DNA from: Isurus oxyrinchus
Lineage: Eukaryota
Length of the DNA: 64,000 nt
Direction of reading: 5' to 3'
Assembly: GCA_026770705.1 (NCBI GenBank)
Contig: JANJGN010000026.1
Location: forward strand, 35,464,001-35,528,000
The notes under the pieces are model-generated. The model saw only the letters and a list, made by a program, of their open reading frames with translations, did not search any database and was not told the DNA's origin. A program made the position numbers and the translations under genes. Positions 12,509 to 27,725 of this stretch are shown here, in pieces. Within the stretch, counting starts at the first letter, position 1; each line of letters starts with the position of its first letter.

Positions 12509-13049
12509 AAGGTTTGAGTGAGGGATATTCTGGTCCATGAGATTACAGGGTGTGATTGAATGCAACTCTCCTGCTGTTAATGACCAACAGTATCTCGTTG
12601 ATGCTAAGTTTTGAGCTGCTAGATCTGTTCTGAATGTATCCCGTTTAGCACAGCGGCAGTGCCGCACAACACAATGGAGAATGTGCTCAGTGTGAATACC
12701 GGCCTGGGTTTCCGCAAGGACAGTGCAGGGGTCAATCACATTTATATCATAGTGTGGTGGGCCGGAGATCAGGTAAGGGTTTCCTCGTGTTGGCTCTCTA
12801 ACCATCTGTGGCAGATCCATCCTGTCAGATACGTCATTCAGGACTCATCCAGCTCCGGCATTCTTGGTCTTGTAAAATGGTAATTGATTTTGCAAATTCA
12901 CAGCATATTCGTTGCCTTTGCTACCCTCAGTGTTTCTTCCACGCAGTGCTAAAGATGAAGGAGCACAAATTCATCAGCTGAGGGAGGGCAATAGGTGGTA
13001 ATCACCAGGAGGTATCTCCACCCAGATCTTATCTGGTTCTGTGGGACTT

Positions 13050-14460
13050 CAATATGGTGTCAATATTGCTGCACTCCACCATGTTTCTGTTAATATTACA
13101 CTCAGCCTATCTCATTGTTACTGCTCTAGTCCGTGTTTCTGTTTCTGTAATACTAGACCCTGTCTCAGTATTGCTGCTCTCCACCATGCCTCTGTTTATA
13201 CTACACTGGGCCTGTCTCATTGTTACTGCTCTAGTTTATGTTTCTGTTTCTGTAACACTGGACTCTGTCTCAGTTATTGCTGCTCTCCACCATGTCTTTG
13301 TTCATATTTTACTGGGCCTGCCTCTTTGTTACTGTTCGAGTCCATGTTTCTGTTTCTGTAACATTAGGTCCTGTCTTAGTTATTTATGTAATTGTCCTCT
13401 GTTTATATTACATTAGTATATTCCCTTACTTTATTGCACTAGAGCCTGAAAATAGGAGTTAAATGGTTTAATTTGAACAGCTGTAAGATAAGAGATGTCT
13501 GTGGATCATGAACACAAATCTGGGATGCAGGGAGGGCAAGTCATAACATCTAAATAGGGACCCATGTTAATTGTTCCCACCATCTTGCTGCCTTATCTTC
13601 ACTATTTCCACCCCAGCCAATTTCCAAATTATGGCACGTGGGTAGTGCAGTAATAACAGAGGCAGGGTCTAATGTAATTTAAATACACATATGATCTAGC
13701 ACAGAACTGAGACAGTGGCTACTGAAATACAGAGACAGTTCTAGATGAATATATACAGAGACAGGTCAATTATAATATAAACACAGACAGGGCCTTGTTT
13801 AATATAAGCAAAGACAGGATCTAGAGTAATATAAACAGAAACGAGGTCCCGTGTAATATAAATAGAGAGAGTCTAGTGTATTATAAACATACAGGGCCCA
13901 GTTTAATATAAGCAGGGGCATGGCCTAGTGCAATATAAACAGCGACCGGATCTAATGTAATATAAACAGATACAGCGTCTAGTGCAAAATAAACAAAGGC
14001 ATGTCAAGTATAATATTAACAGAGACATGCCGAGTGTAATATAAACACTGACATACCAAGTGTAATACAAACAGGGGCAGAGCCTAGTATAATATAAACA
14101 GAGACACGGTCTAATGTAATGTAAACCAAAACAGGGATCAGTGCAACATAAACAGAAACAGGGTCTAGAGTAATATAAACCAGGGCAGGGCCTAGTGCAA
14201 TATAAACAGAGACAGCATCTCATGCAATATAAACAGAGGCATGTCGAATATAAGGAGACATGTTGAGTGTCATATAAACAGGGGCAGGGCCAAGTGCAAT
14301 GTAAACAGAGACACCGTCCAGTGCAATATAAACAGATACATGTCAGATGCAATATAAACAGGGACAGGGCCTAGTGCAATACAACCAGTGGCAGGGTCAA
14401 CTGTAATATAAACAGAGACAGGGTCACGGTCGAACGCAATATCGAGACAGGGTCTACTGT
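13050..14460. repeat. Diverged 27-bp satellite blocks in opposite orientations (13050-13440 +, about 13660-14460 -)
   Basis: Periodic gtaatataaacagagacagggtcta and its reverse complement. Confidence 0.8.
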
Positions 14461-15450
14461 CCCATCAAACACTCCTAGGATAGGTGCAGCATGGGGCTAG
14501 GCACAGAATTTAAAGCTACCTCTACATTGTCACATTGAACACTCCCAGGGAAGATGCAGCACGGGTTAGAGAGAGAGAAACTCCCTCGACACTGTCACCA
14601 TGAAACATTCCTGGGGCAGGTACAGCAAGGGTTAGATACGGTTGGACATGGTCTAGTGTAATGCATAAACAAGGCCCACAGCTCCATCAAACAGCCCCAG
14701 GACAGGTGTAGCATGGGGCTACATTAATAATGTAAAGTTCCCTCTACATTGCCACATGAAAATCTCCCAATGCAGGTATAGCACGGGTTAGATTCAGAGT
14801 GAATCTCCCTCGACACTGTCACCATCAAACATTTCCAGGACAGGTGCAGCACAGTTCAGAAACAGGGTAAACTTCCTCTACATTGTCTGCTCAAACATAG
14901 TTGAGGCATTTAGGGTAAGGGTTCTATGCAGTGTAAGGCTTCTTCTGCACTCTTCATCAGACATTTCCCAGGCAGCTCGACACTGGGGACAGGTAAAGAG
15001 GAAAGCTGCCTCTGAACCGTCACATCAGGTATTTCCAGGGCTTAGATAGGGGCAAATCCCCCTCTACAGTGTCTACAGCCATGTCAAATATAGAGTAGTT
15101 TAGATGCAGAGTAAAGCTCCCTCTGAACAGCCCTATCAATCAGGTATAGCACAGTTTAGATACAGAGTAAAGCTCTTCTACACAATCATATCAAACACTC
15201 CCAGGGCAGTCACAGTGCAGGTTAGATGCAAAGTAAAGCTCGCTCTACACTGTCCCATCAGACACTCCAAAGGCAGGAACAGCACGGGTTAGATACAGGG
15301 AAAGGTCCTTCGGCACGGCCACATCAAATCTACGCTCCTGGCTGCAACACAGGTTAGATACAGAGTAAAGTTTCATCTGCAGTTTCCCACCAAGCACTCT
15401 CAAGTCAGTGAATGCTCAAAACAGATTTAGAATAAAGTTCCCTCTATGGA
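14455..15450 (+). repeat. ~67-bp tandem satellite
   Basis: Unit approximately cactgtcccatcaaacactcccaggacaggtacagcacgggttagatacagagtaaagctccctcta. Confidence 0.85.
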
Positions 15451-16624
15451 TTATAATTCATTTCATTTGATCAATTTAGTTTGAAGTGTATGAATCGGGC
15501 TGAGAAAATATACTGGCTAGACATTGACTTCATATTGTGGAGTAAAGACAGTGACCCATGGTGGAGAGACAAGACAAAGTACCAGAGAGGAGAAAGAGAC
15601 AGAGAGAGAGAGAGGATACAGGACATCCCTACAAACACATTTGCCATGACATTATATTTCATGATCAGTGGGAATATTACTTAAATCTGAACATAGATAT
15701 CATCGTGACATAATTCTCATATAACTGATTTTAAAAATGCCCAAAAAACAATTGCTACTGAAATCGGTTGATGTATTTGCATGTTTGACTCGATTTCTGT
15801 GCTCTATTGATGGGGAAATATTTGCTGTGCTTTTGTGTCTCCAGAATCTAATCTGGGACTTCTATTTCTGTGTTTATTTACATAAACGCCTCATTGGTTT
15901 CAATGAAGTGTATATGGCAGCAAAACCAGATAAACACAGACACTTATTGATTGGTTTCAACTCAAAACAAGGGTTTATTTTAAGAATATTGACAGTTGGT
16001 AAAAAATTAATAGAAACATTTTCAACATCCATTAGAACAGATGTTATTTATTTCAAATAATTAAAAATACATTTAAATTAATAATTCAATTCTGAAAGTT
16101 CTACTGTCACAATCAATGATGAATATTTGAACAGGCTGGGATTACACTCAATGTCAATTTGTTGGAAGATTTAACTGATCAAAAATGGACAATTTAAAAC
16201 AGCAGCCAGAGGAGCGACCTATAATCATATTAATCTCAGCGTTTTCAACATATCACAACTAGCATTTTGAAATGTTAACATTTAGGAAGAATTTACATTT
16301 ATAGAACGTAGCTTATGACCCCAGGACATCCTAAAGCCCTTGAAATTCGTTGATGTACACTTGTTGAAGTTTTGTCACTGCTGTCATATTGGAAATCCAT
16401 CTGGTGATTTGTGCACAGCAAGCTCCCACGAATAGAGCTGTGAAAAATGATGAGATAATATGTGATTTTAGTTGAAGAATGAATACTGGACTAGGATAGT
16501 GGGGAGAACAGTCCTACTCTATAGATTGGTACTAAGGGAGATGTTGCACCTGTCATCGGCCTGAACGTTTGACCTGTTTCTCTCTCTATTGATGCCCACT
16601 GATGTGCTGAGTGGTTATTTTTTG

Positions 16625-19600
16625 CCCTGCCTTAGATTATGTTGATTCAGACCCTGCATCAGTAATTACAGCACAAGAGCCTGTCTCAGTTTATATTATT
16701 CAAGACCCTGTTTCAGTAAACATTGCACTCGACCCTGTTCTGGTATTAATAATTTGCACCCTAAACCTAAAAGCACTGCACTGGACTGTTTCTCAGTTTA
16801 TATTAATCTAAAGCCTGTACCTGTAATCACTGCAATAGGCCCTGTCCCATTTTATATGCATCAAATCCTGTTACACAACTCACAGCACCAGGCCTTGTCT
16901 CAGTTTATATCAATCTAGACCCTATACCAGTAATCACTACACTAGACGCAAGTCATTTTATATCAATTTGGACCTTATACCAGTAATCACTGCACTTGAA
17001 CCTCTCTGAGTTTATATTAATCTCGGCGCTTTATCAGTAATCCCTGCACGATGTCCTGCCTCAGGTATTTTTTTTATCAATCTAGACCCTGTATCAGTTA
17101 TCACTGCCTCATCCCAGTTATATTTATCTAGGCCCTATATCAATTAACACTTCACCAGGTCCTTCCTCAGTTTATGTTAGTCCAGACCTTGTATCAGTAA
17201 TTACTGTACAAGAGTCTGTCTCAGTTTATATTAATCAAGCCCCTTTTTCAGTAATCACTGCACTCGTCCCTGTTCTGGTTATAATAAACTGCACACTGAA
17301 TCTATAATCACTGCACTTGGCCCACTCTCAGTTTCTATTAACCTAGACCCTGTATCAGTAATCACTGCAGTAGGCCCTGCCTCAGTTCATATTTATCTTG
17401 GCCCTGTATCGGTAATCACTGCATTGGACATTGTCGGAGTTTATATTGATTGAGACCCTGTATCAGTAATTACTGCACAAGAACCTGTCTCAGTTTATAT
17501 TACGCTAGATCCTGTGCTTCCTGTGTAATCACTATACTAGAACATGCCTCAGTTTACATTAATCTGGATCCTGTATCAGTAATCACTGCACTCAACATTG
17601 TCTGAGTTATGCTGATTGAGACACTGTATTAATAAACACTGTGCTAGACCCTGTCTCAGTTTATATTAATCTAGATCCTGTATCAGTCATCACTGCACTA
17701 TGGCCTGCCTCAGTTTAAATTAGTCCAGACCATCTATCAGTAATAATTGCAATAAGCACCGTCTCAGGTTATATTAATCTAGATCTTGTATCAGTAATGA
17801 CTGCACAAGGCCCAGTCTCACTTTATATTAATCCAGACCCTGTATCAGTCATCACTGCACTTGGACCTATCTCAGTTTATATTGATCGGGACATTGTATC
17901 AGTAATTACAGCAAAATGGCCTACCTCAGTTTATATCAGTTTAGACCCTCTATCAGTAATCACTGGACTTGGTCCTCTCTCTGTTTCTATTAATCTAGAC
18001 CCTGTATCAATTATCACTGCATGAGGCCCTGCCTCAGTTTATATTAATCTAGGCTCTGCATCGGTAATCGCTGCACTGGGCATTGTCTAAGTTCATATTG
18101 ATTGAGATCATGTGTCAGTAATCAATGCACTCGGCCCTGCCGCAGTTTATATTAAGCTCGATGCTGTACAATATGCCAGGCGTCATTTTGTTTATCAATC
18201 TAGGCCCTGTATCGGTAATCACTGCACTAGGCCCTATCTCAGTTTACATTAATTTAGTCCCTGCAGCAGTAATCACTGCCCGTGCCCCTGTCCCAGTTAT
18301 ATTTATCTGGGCCCTGTGTCAGTGAACACTGCACCAGGCCCTGTCTCAGGTTGATTGAGATCATGTGTCAGTAATCAATGCACTCGGCCCTGCCGCAGTT
18401 TATATTAAGCTAGATGCTGTACAATATGCCAGGCGTCATTTTGTTTATCAATCTAGGCCCTGTATCAGTAATCACTGCACTATGCCCTGCTTCCATTTTT
18501 ATCATCTAGACCCTGTATTAGTAATCAGTGCACTAGTCTCATTTTATATTAATCTAGACCCTGTATCAATAATCACTGCACTGGACACTGTCTCAGTTTA
18601 TATTGATCCAGACCCTGTATCAGTAATTCTGGCATTCGAGCCTGTCTCATGTTATATAAATCAAACACTCTATAATAATCAGTGCAATAAACACCCTCAC
18701 TTTACATTGTTCTAGACCCAGTATCAGTAATCACTGCGCTAGCCGCTGTCCTCGATTGTATTTATCTTGGCCCTGCAACACTAGTCACTGCACTATGGCC
18801 TGCCTTAGTTTATATCAATCCAGGTCCTGTATCAGTAATAACTTCGCTGGACCCTGTCTCCATTTATATGAGTCCAGACCCTGTACCAGTAATCACTGCA
18901 CTGGCCCTTATCCCAGTATATATTTATGTCAACCATGTATCAGTAATCACTGCACTTGTCCCTGTCTCTGTTTATATGGATCTGGACGCTGTGCCAGTAA
19001 TCACTGCACTAGACCCAGCATCAGTTTATATCAATCCATATCCTGTATCAGTAATCACTGCACTAGTCCCTATCTCTGTTTATATTGATCTGGACGCTGT
19101 GCCAGTAATCACTGCACTAGACCCAGCATCAGTTTACATCAATCCATATCCTGTATCAGTAATCACTGCACTAGACCTTATCTCAGTTTAGATGAGTCCA
19201 GAACCTGTATCAGTAATGACAGTTCTAGAGAATGCCTCCACTTATTTTAGTCCAGACACTGTAACAGTAATCACTGCACTAGCCCCTGTCTCAGTTTACA
19301 CTTATCTAGACCATGGATCAGTAATCACTGCACAATGCCCTGTCTCAGTTTCTGTCAAGCTAGAGCCTGTATCAGGAATCACTGCACTAGACCCCTTCTC
19401 AGTTTATATTAATCAAGACCCTGTATCAGTAATCACTCTACTGGACACTGCCTCAGTTTATATTGATCTAGACTATGTATCAGTAATCACTGCACTAGGC
19501 CCTGTCTCAGTTTATATTCGCCCTAGAGCCTTGTTCAGTAATTACTGCAATATGGCCTGCCTCAGTTCAGTAATTACTTCAATGGACACTGTCTCAGTTT

Positions 19601-22600
19601 ATATTGATCTAGACCATGTATCAGTAATCACTGCACTAGGCCCTGTCTCAGTTTATATTAGCCCTAGAGCCTTGTTCAGTAATTACTGCAATATGGCCCG
19701 CCTCAGTTCATATTAATTTAGACCATGTATCAGTAATTACTTCAATGGACACTGTCTCAGTTTATATTGACCCTGATCCTGTATCATTAATCAATGCACT
19801 AGCCTCTGTCCTGCATTATATTTACCTCGGCCCTGTATCAGTAATCACTGCACTAGGCTCTGTCTCAGTTTACATTAATCTAGACCCTGTATCAGTAATC
19901 ACTACACTATGCCCTGCCTCTGTTTTTATCGTCTAGACCCTGTATCAGTAATCATCACACTAGGCTCTGTCTCAGTTTATATTAATCTAGACCCTGTTTC
20001 AGTAATCACTGCACTGGACACTGTCTCAGTTTATATTGATCCAGACCCTGTATCAGCAATCACTGCAGTAGGCCCAGTCTCAGTTTATATTTGTCTCAGC
20101 CCTGTATCAATAATCTCTGCACTGGACATTGTCTGAGTTTATATTAATCTTGACCCTACTTCAGTTTTCATTGCACTGGACCCTGTCTCAGATTCTATTG
20201 AACTAGACCCTGTATTAGTAATGACTGCACTGGACATTGTCTGAGTTTATATTGATCAGGACCATGTATCAGTAAACACTGCACTAGAATCTGTCTCAGT
20301 TTCTATTAATCTAGTCATCTATGTCATTTATATAAATGACAAATAATAGGGGGCTCAGCACAGATCCCTGTGCTACGCCACTGGACACTGGCTTCCAGTA
20401 ACTAAAGCATCCTTCTGTCATCATCCTCTGTCTCCTACAACAAAGCCAATTTTTGAATTATATTCTGCCCTGCCTCAGTTTTTATCAATCTAGACCCTGT
20501 ATCAGTAATCACCATACTAGGCCTTGTCTCAGTTTACATTAATTTAGAGCCTGCATCAGTAATCACTGCACTGTGCCCTCCGCAGTTTATATTAATCAAG
20601 ACCCCGTGTCAGTAATCACTGCACTGGACACTGCCTCAATTTATATTGAGCTAGGCCATTTATCAGTCATCTCTACACTAGACCTGTCTCAGATTATATT
20701 AATCTAGACCCTGTACCTGTAATCTCTGTACTTGAGGCTGTCTCAGTTGATATTAATGTAGTCCCTGTAACATTAATAGGCCCTTTCTCAATTTTTATTA
20801 ATCAAAACCCTGTATCAGTATTCACTGCAGTAGAAACTGTCTCAGTTGATATTGATCTAGACCCTGTCTCAGTTTATATTGATCTTGGTCCCACATCTGT
20901 TATCTCTGCACTAGACTCTGTCTCACTTTATATTAATTTAGTCCCTGCAGCAGTCATCACTGCAAGAGCTCCTGTCCCAGTTATATTTATCTAGGCCCTG
21001 TATCAATGAACACTTCACATTTTATGTTGGTTCAGACCCTGTATCAGTAATTACTGCACAAAAGCCTGTCTCAGTTTATATTAATCAAGACCCTGTTTCA
21101 GTAATCTCTGCACTCAACCCTGTTCTGGTAATAATAATTTGCACCCTGAACCTAAAAACACTGCACTGGACTGTTTCTCAGTTTCAATTAATCTGGACCC
21201 TGTACCTGTAATCACTGCACTAGACTCTGTTCCATTTTATATGCATCCAACCCTGTAACACAAATCATGGCCCTCGGCCTTGTCTCAGTTTATATCAATC
21301 TAGGCCCTGTATCAGTAATCACTGCACTAGACCCTACGTCATTTTATATCAATTTGGACTCTATATCAGCAATCACTGCACTTGAGCCTCTCTGAGTGTA
21401 TATTAATCTCGGCCCGGTATCAGTAATCCCTGCACTATGCCCTGCTTCAGCTTTTTTTATGAATCTAGACCCTGTTTCAGTTATCACTGCACTTAGCCCC
21501 ATCTCAATATCTATATTAACCTAGACCCTGTATCAGTAATCACTGCCCGAGTCAATGTGCCAGTAATATTTATCTAGGCCCTGTATCAGTGAACACATCA
21601 CCAGGCCCTGTCTCAGTTTATGTTACTTCAGACCATGGATCAGTAATTACTGCACAAGAGCCTGTCTCAGTTTATATTAATCAAGACCCTGTTTCAGTAA
21701 TCACTGCACTCGTCCCTGTTCTGGTTATTATAATCTGCACCCTGACTCTATAATCACTGCACTTGGCCCTCTCTCAGTTTCTGTTAACCTAGACCCTGTA
21801 TCAGTAATCACTGCAGTAGGCCCTGCCTCAATTTATATTTATGTCGGCCCTGTATCAGTAATCACTGCTTTGGGCATTGTCTGAGTTTATATTGATTGAG
21901 ACCCTGTATCAATAGTTACTGCACTAGACCCTGACTCAGTTTATATTAAGCTAAATCCTGTGCCTGTAATCACTGCATGAGAACATACCTCAGTTTTTAT
22001 AAATCTAGATCCTGTATCAGTAATCAGTGTACTCGGCATTGTCTGAGTTTATATTGATTGAAACCTTGTATCAGTAAACACTGGACTAGAGTCTGTCTCA
22101 GTTTATATTAATTTAGATCCTGTATCAGTAATGACTGCACTAGGCCCTGACTCAGTTTATATTAAACCAGGCCCTGAATCAGTAATCACAGCACATGGAC
22201 CGATCTCAGTTTATATTGATCTGGACACTGTATCAGTTATCAATGCACTAGACCTTGCCTCAGTTTATATTAATCCAGGCTCTGTGTCAGTAATCACTGC
22301 ACTGGACATTGTCTGAGTTAATATTGATTCAGACCATGTGTCAGTAATCACTGCACTGGGCCCTGTCTCAGTTTATATTGATCCTGATTCTATATCGGTA
22401 AGCATCACACCAGACCATGTCTCAATTTAGATTAATCTCGATCCTGTATCAGTAATCCCTGCACTATGCCCTGCCTCAGTTTATATCAATCAAGACCCTG
22501 TATCAGTAATCTCTGCACTAGGCCCTGTCTCAGTTTATATTAGTCCAGAGCCTCTATCAGTAATCACTGCACTAGGCCCTTTCTCCATTGGTATTGATCT

Positions 22601-25600
22601 AGATCTTGAATCAGTAATCACTGCAAAGGACACTGTCTCAGTTTATATTGATCCAGATCCCATATCGTTAATCACTGCACTAGCCCTTGTCCTGGCTTAT
22701 ATTTATCTAGGCCCTGTCTCAGTTTATATTAATCTGTACCCTGTATCAGCAATCACTGCACTATGCCCTGCCTCAGTTTTTTTTAAAATCAGTCTAGACC
22801 CTGTATCAGTAATCACTGCACTAGGCCCTATCGAAGTTTATATTAATTTAGCCCCTGCAGCAGTAATCACTGCCCGAGCCCCTGTCCCAGTTATATTTAT
22901 CTGGGCCCTGTGTCAGTGAACAGTGCACCAGGCCCTGTCTCAGGTTATGTTATTTCAGACCAAGCATCAGCGATTACTGTACAAGAGCCTGACTCAGTTT
23001 ATATTAATCAAGGCCCTGTTTCAGTAATCACTGCTCTCGTCCCTGTTCTGGTTATAATAATCTGCACCCTGAATCTATAATCACTGCACTTTGCCCTCTC
23101 TCAGTTGCTATTAACCTGGACCCTGCATCAGTAATCAAGTTAATATGTCCTGTCTTAGTTTATATCAATCTAGACCCTAAATCAGTAATCGCTGCACTAG
23201 GCTATGCCTCAGTCCATATTAATCTGGACCATGTATCAGGAATCACTGCACTAGACACGATCATAATTTTATATTTATCAAGACCTTGGATCAGTGATCA
23301 CTGCACTAGACACTGTCTCATGTTATATTAATCCAGACCCTGCATCATTAATCACTGCACTGGACCTTATCTCAGTTTATACTGATGTACGTTCTGTAAC
23401 CGTAATTACTTCAAAGGACACTGTCTCAGTTTATATTGATCCTCATCCTATATAATTAATCACTGCACTAGCCCCTGACCAAGTTTATATTAGTATCGTC
23501 CCTGTGTCAGTAATCACTGCACTAGGCCCTGACTTAGTTTATATCAACCTAGATCTTCTATTAGTAATCACTGCACTAGGCCCTGTCTCAGTTTACGTTG
23601 ATCTAGACCCTGAATAAGTAATCACTGCACTATGGCCTGCCTCAGTTCATATTAATCTGTGCCTAAATCAGTAATCGCTGCACTAGGCCCTGCCTCAGTT
23701 TACGTTGATCTAGACCCTGAATAAGTAATGACTGCACTATGGCCTGCCTCAGTTCATATTAATCTGTGCCTAAATCAGTAATCGCTGCACTAGGCCCTGC
23801 CTCAGTTCATATTAATTTAGGCCACGAATCAGTAATCATTGCAATGGGCACTGCCTCAGTTTATACTGATCCTGATCCTGTATCATTAATCACTGCACTA
23901 GCCTCTATCCTGCTTTATATTTACCTTGGCCCTGTATCAGTAATCACTGCACTAGGCTCTGTCACAGTTTATATTAATCTAGACGCTGTATCAGTAATCT
24001 CTGCACTATGCCCTGCCTCAGTCTTTATCATCTGGACCCTGCATCAGTCATGATTGCACTAGGCTCTGTCTCAGTTTATATTGATTCAGACACTGTATCA
24101 GTAATCATTGCACTAGCCACTGTCCTCATTTTTATTTATCTAGGCCCTGCATCAGTAATCGCTGCACTATGGCCTGCCTCAGCTTATATCAATCCATATT
24201 CTGTATAAGTTACCACTTCGCTCGACCCTGTCTCAGTTTATATTAGTCCACAACCTGTGTCAATAATGACAGAGCTAGAAAATGCCTCAGTTTATGAGTC
24301 CAGATCCTGTATCAGTAATCACTGCAATGGCCCCCATCCCAGTACATATTTATATAGACCCTGGATCAGTAATCACTGCACTAGCCCCTGTCTCTGTTTA
24401 TATTGATCTAGACCCTGTGTCAGTATTCACTGTACTAGACCCAGCATCAGTTTATATCAATCTAAACCCTCTATCAGTAATCACTGCACTTGGCCTGTCT
24501 CAAGTTCTATTAATCCAGACCCTGTATTAGTAATCACTGCACTCGACCCTATCCCAGTTTATATTGATCTAGACCATGCATCATAATCAGTGCAATGGAC
24601 ACTGTCTCATTTTATATTAATCTAGGCCCTGTATCAGTAATCACTTCACTATGCCATGCCTCCATTTTTATCAATCCATATCCTGTATCAGTAATCACTG
24701 CACTAGACCTTAACTCAGTTTATATTAGTCCAGAACCTGTATCAGTAATGACAGAACTCAATACCTCCATTTATTTTAGTCCAGACACTGTAACAGTGAT
24801 CATTGCACTAGCCCCTGCCTCAGTTTATATTTATCTAGACCCTGTATCAATGATCACTGCACAATGCCCTGTTTCAGTTTACATCAAGCCAGAGCCTGTA
24901 TCAGTAATCCCAGCACTATAATAAAAGCAAAAAACTGTGGATGCTGGAAATCCAAAACAAAAATACCTAGAAAAACTCAGCAGGTCTGGCAGCATCTGGG
25001 GAGAGGAGCACAGTTAACATTTCGAGTCCGCATGACTCTTCAACAAACTAAGGAAAAATAGAAAAGGGGTGAAATATGTCTTATTAGCTTATATCCCACC
25101 ACCACCACCGCACCCCCCCCCCCCCCACTTAAACCAGCTTATATTTCACCCCTTTTCTATTTTTCCTTAGTTCTGTTGAAGAGTCATCTGGACTTGAAAT
25201 GTTAACTGTGTTCCTCTCCCACAGATGCTGCCAGACCTGCTGAGTTCTTCTAGGTAATTTTGTTTTTGTTATTGCAGCACTATACCTTGTCTCAGTTTAT
25301 ATTAATCAAGACCCTGTATCAGTAATCACTCTACTGGACACTGCCTCCGTTTAAATTGATCTAGATCATGTATCAGTAATCACTGCACTTGGTCTTGTCT
25401 CAGTTTATGTTAGTCTAGATCCTTTATGAGTAATCATTGCACTAGCCCCTGCATCAGTTTATATCAACCTAGACCCGGTAACAGTAATCACAGCACTTGG
25501 CCGCATCTCAAGTTTAATTAATCTAGACCCTGTATCAATAATCACTGCACTGGACATTGTCCTAGTTTATTTTTTATCTCAGCCCGCTATGAGTAATCAC

Positions 25601-25960
25601 TGCACTATGGCTTGCCTCAATGTGTATCAACCTTGACCCTGTATCTGTAATCACTGCACAGGGCATTGAGTGAATTTATATTGATCAAGATCCTGTATCT
25701 ATAAACACTGGACTAGACCCTGTCCCAGTTTATATTAATCTAAATCCTGTGTCTGTAATCACTGCACTCAAGCATGTCTCAGTTCATATTAATCTAGATC
25801 CTGTATCAGTTATCATTGCACATGAGCCTGTCTCAGTTTACATTAATCTAGACACTATATCAGTAAGCATTGCACTAGGCCCTGTCTCAGTTCATGCTAA
25901 TCTAGACCCTCCATTAGCAATTGCTGCACTAGGCACTGTCTCAGTTTATATCAATCTGGA
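16625..25960 (+). repeat. Main 27/54-bp dimeric satellite array, with a CR1 fragment at about 20315-20460 and a Penelope-derived insert
   Basis: Alternating cagtaatcactgcactaggccctgtct and cagtttatattaatctagaccctgtat; internal block duplications such as 18100-18230 versus 18352-18480. Confidence 0.95.
24920..25274. mobile_element. Penelope-derived inverted-repeat element with 10-bp TSD
   Basis: Inverted arms around a C-rich spacer; TSD cagcactata at 24910-24919 and 25275-25284. Confidence 0.8.
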
Positions 25961-27270
25961 TAAAAGCATAATAGTGTGGATGCTGGAACTCTGAAAGTAA
26001 AGCATAAAATGCTGGGACATCGCAGCAGGTCTGACAGCACCTGTGGTGAGAGAAGCAGAGCTAACTTTCTGAGACAGTATGACCTTCCTCAGAGCTAAAG
26101 AGAAGTCAAAATGTGATGACATTTGCTGTTTAAGCGGGGTGGAGCAGGTCAGGCAGGATAGAAGACAAGCAATAGGTAGGAGTAAAGTGACACTGCCAAA
26201 CATATCATAGGCAAACAGAAAAAGGGAGTGTTAATGGCAGTAGTAAGGCTAAAGTAGGTGTTAAAGAGTCATAAAGGTAAGAAAGCAGAATGTGTTAACA
26301 GCAGAGCCAGAATCAGCACACTGTGAAAGAACAACATGGGATAAGTAACTGATGGCCCTTTTGGGGGTGTGGTAGGGGTGGTTGGGGAAAAACGGTATAA
26401 AAAGGAATGAAAAAGGGGATTAAAAGAGGATAAAACAATGAATAAATAAATAAGGCTGTAAAGTGCATAATCGGAAGATGAGTTTCTGTTCCTCCAGTTT
26501 GCGTTGGGCTTCACTGGGGCAATGCAGCAGGTCAAAGAGGGACATGTGGGTATCAGAGAAGGATGGTGTGTTGAAATTGCAAGTGACAGGAAGGACTAGG
26601 TCATGCTTGCAGATAGACCGAAGGTGTTCCACAAAGCAGCCTGCCAGTCTGTGTTTGGTGTCCCCAATCTAGAGGAGACTGCATTGGGAGCAGCGAATGC
26701 AGTCGACCAAATTGAACGAGGTGCAATGAAGCGGTGCTTCACCTGAAAGGAGTATTTGGGCCCTTGGATGGTGAGGAGGGAGGAGGTAAAGGGGCAGGTG
26801 TTGCATCTTCTCTGATTGCTTGGGAAGGTGCCATGGGAAGGGATGAGGTGTTGTGGATGATGGAGGAGTGGACCAGGGTGTCTCGGAGGGAACGGTCCCT
26901 GTGGAATGCTGACAGGGGTAGGGGTGGAGTGGTGAGGGGAAGGTGGGTTTGGTGGTGGCATCATGTTGGAGTTAGCGGAAAAGTCGGAGGATGATCCTTT
27001 GAATGTGGGGGTGGTGGGATGAAATATGAGGAAAAGGGGGACCCTATCATGATTCTGGGAGAGAGGGGAGTGTGTGAAAGCAGAGATGCGGGAGATGGGT
27101 CAGACAAAGTTGAGGGCCCTGTCAACCACAGTGGGTGGGTAACCTTGGTTAAGGAATAAGAAAGGCATGTCAGAAGCATCATTTTGGATAGTGGCATCAT
27201 CGGAACAGATGTGAAGGAGGTGAACGAACTAAGAGAATGGAATGGCGTTTTTCCAGCATTTTCTGTTTTT
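25960..27270 (-). mobile_element. Penelope-like retroelement 3' fragment (GIY-YIG endonuclease region plus terminal repeat)
   Basis: Frameshifted HGTFPSNQRRCNTCP...EHLRSI...HCPSEAQRKLEEQKLIFRLCTLQP, characteristic of vertebrate Penelope endonuclease C-termini. Confidence 0.85.
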
Positions 27271-27571
27271 ATATCAACCTAGACCCTGTATCAGTAATTA
27301 CTGCATTGGATCCTTCCTCCGTTGACATTAATCTCTGCCCTGTATATGTAATCACTTCACTAGGCCCTGTCTCAATTTATATCAATCTAAATCCTGTATC
27401 AGGAATCACTGCACTGGACCCTGCCTCAGTTTATGTCAATCGAGGCCCTGTTTTAATAATTCCTATACATCCCCTGTTCAATTTATTTCACGCCCTCATT
27501 TGTAACTGTAAACGCCAGATTACATTTTGCTTAAGTTATTGTTGTACAGGTGAACGTCACTGTTAACAGTA

Positions 27572-27725
27572 GAAAAACAGAATTAACTGGAAAAACTCAG
27601 CAGGTCTGGCAGCATCGGCGGAGAAGAAAAGAGTTGACGTTTCGACTCCTCATGACCCTTCAACAGAACTCTGGTAATTCGGTTTTTGTTTTGGATTTCC
27701 AGCATCCGCAGTTTTTTTGTTTTTA
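27572..27725. mobile_element. Short Penelope-derived element with inverted ends and TSD
   Basis: TSD tcactgttaa(c/t)agta at about 27557 and 27726. Confidence 0.75.

Larger units (their letters stand above)
10300..13020 (-). mobile_element. Degenerate L2/CR1-group LINE interrupted by a Penelope-derived palindrome and a CR1 3' fragment
   Basis: RSISLLSIISKVTEG and WLESHLAH are RT-ORF motifs; QMVREPTRG is an endonuclease-end motif. Confidence 0.75.

Noticed and set aside
13041-14352. Cys-rich ORFs resembling keratin-associated proteins or metallothioneins
   Set aside because: Alternative-frame translations of the same satellite.
16625-25960. Satellite minus strand resembles an RSS array (TGCAGTG-24-ATATAAACT) or a CRISPR array
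   Set aside because: It lacks the essential CAC of the heptamer, has no unique spacers, and the context is eukaryotic.
16611-25994. Many ORFs with PVSVITALD/PVSVYINLD 9-aa repeats
   Set aside because: They follow from the 27-bp (9-codon) satellite unit; frequent stops and frameshifts and no exon structure.
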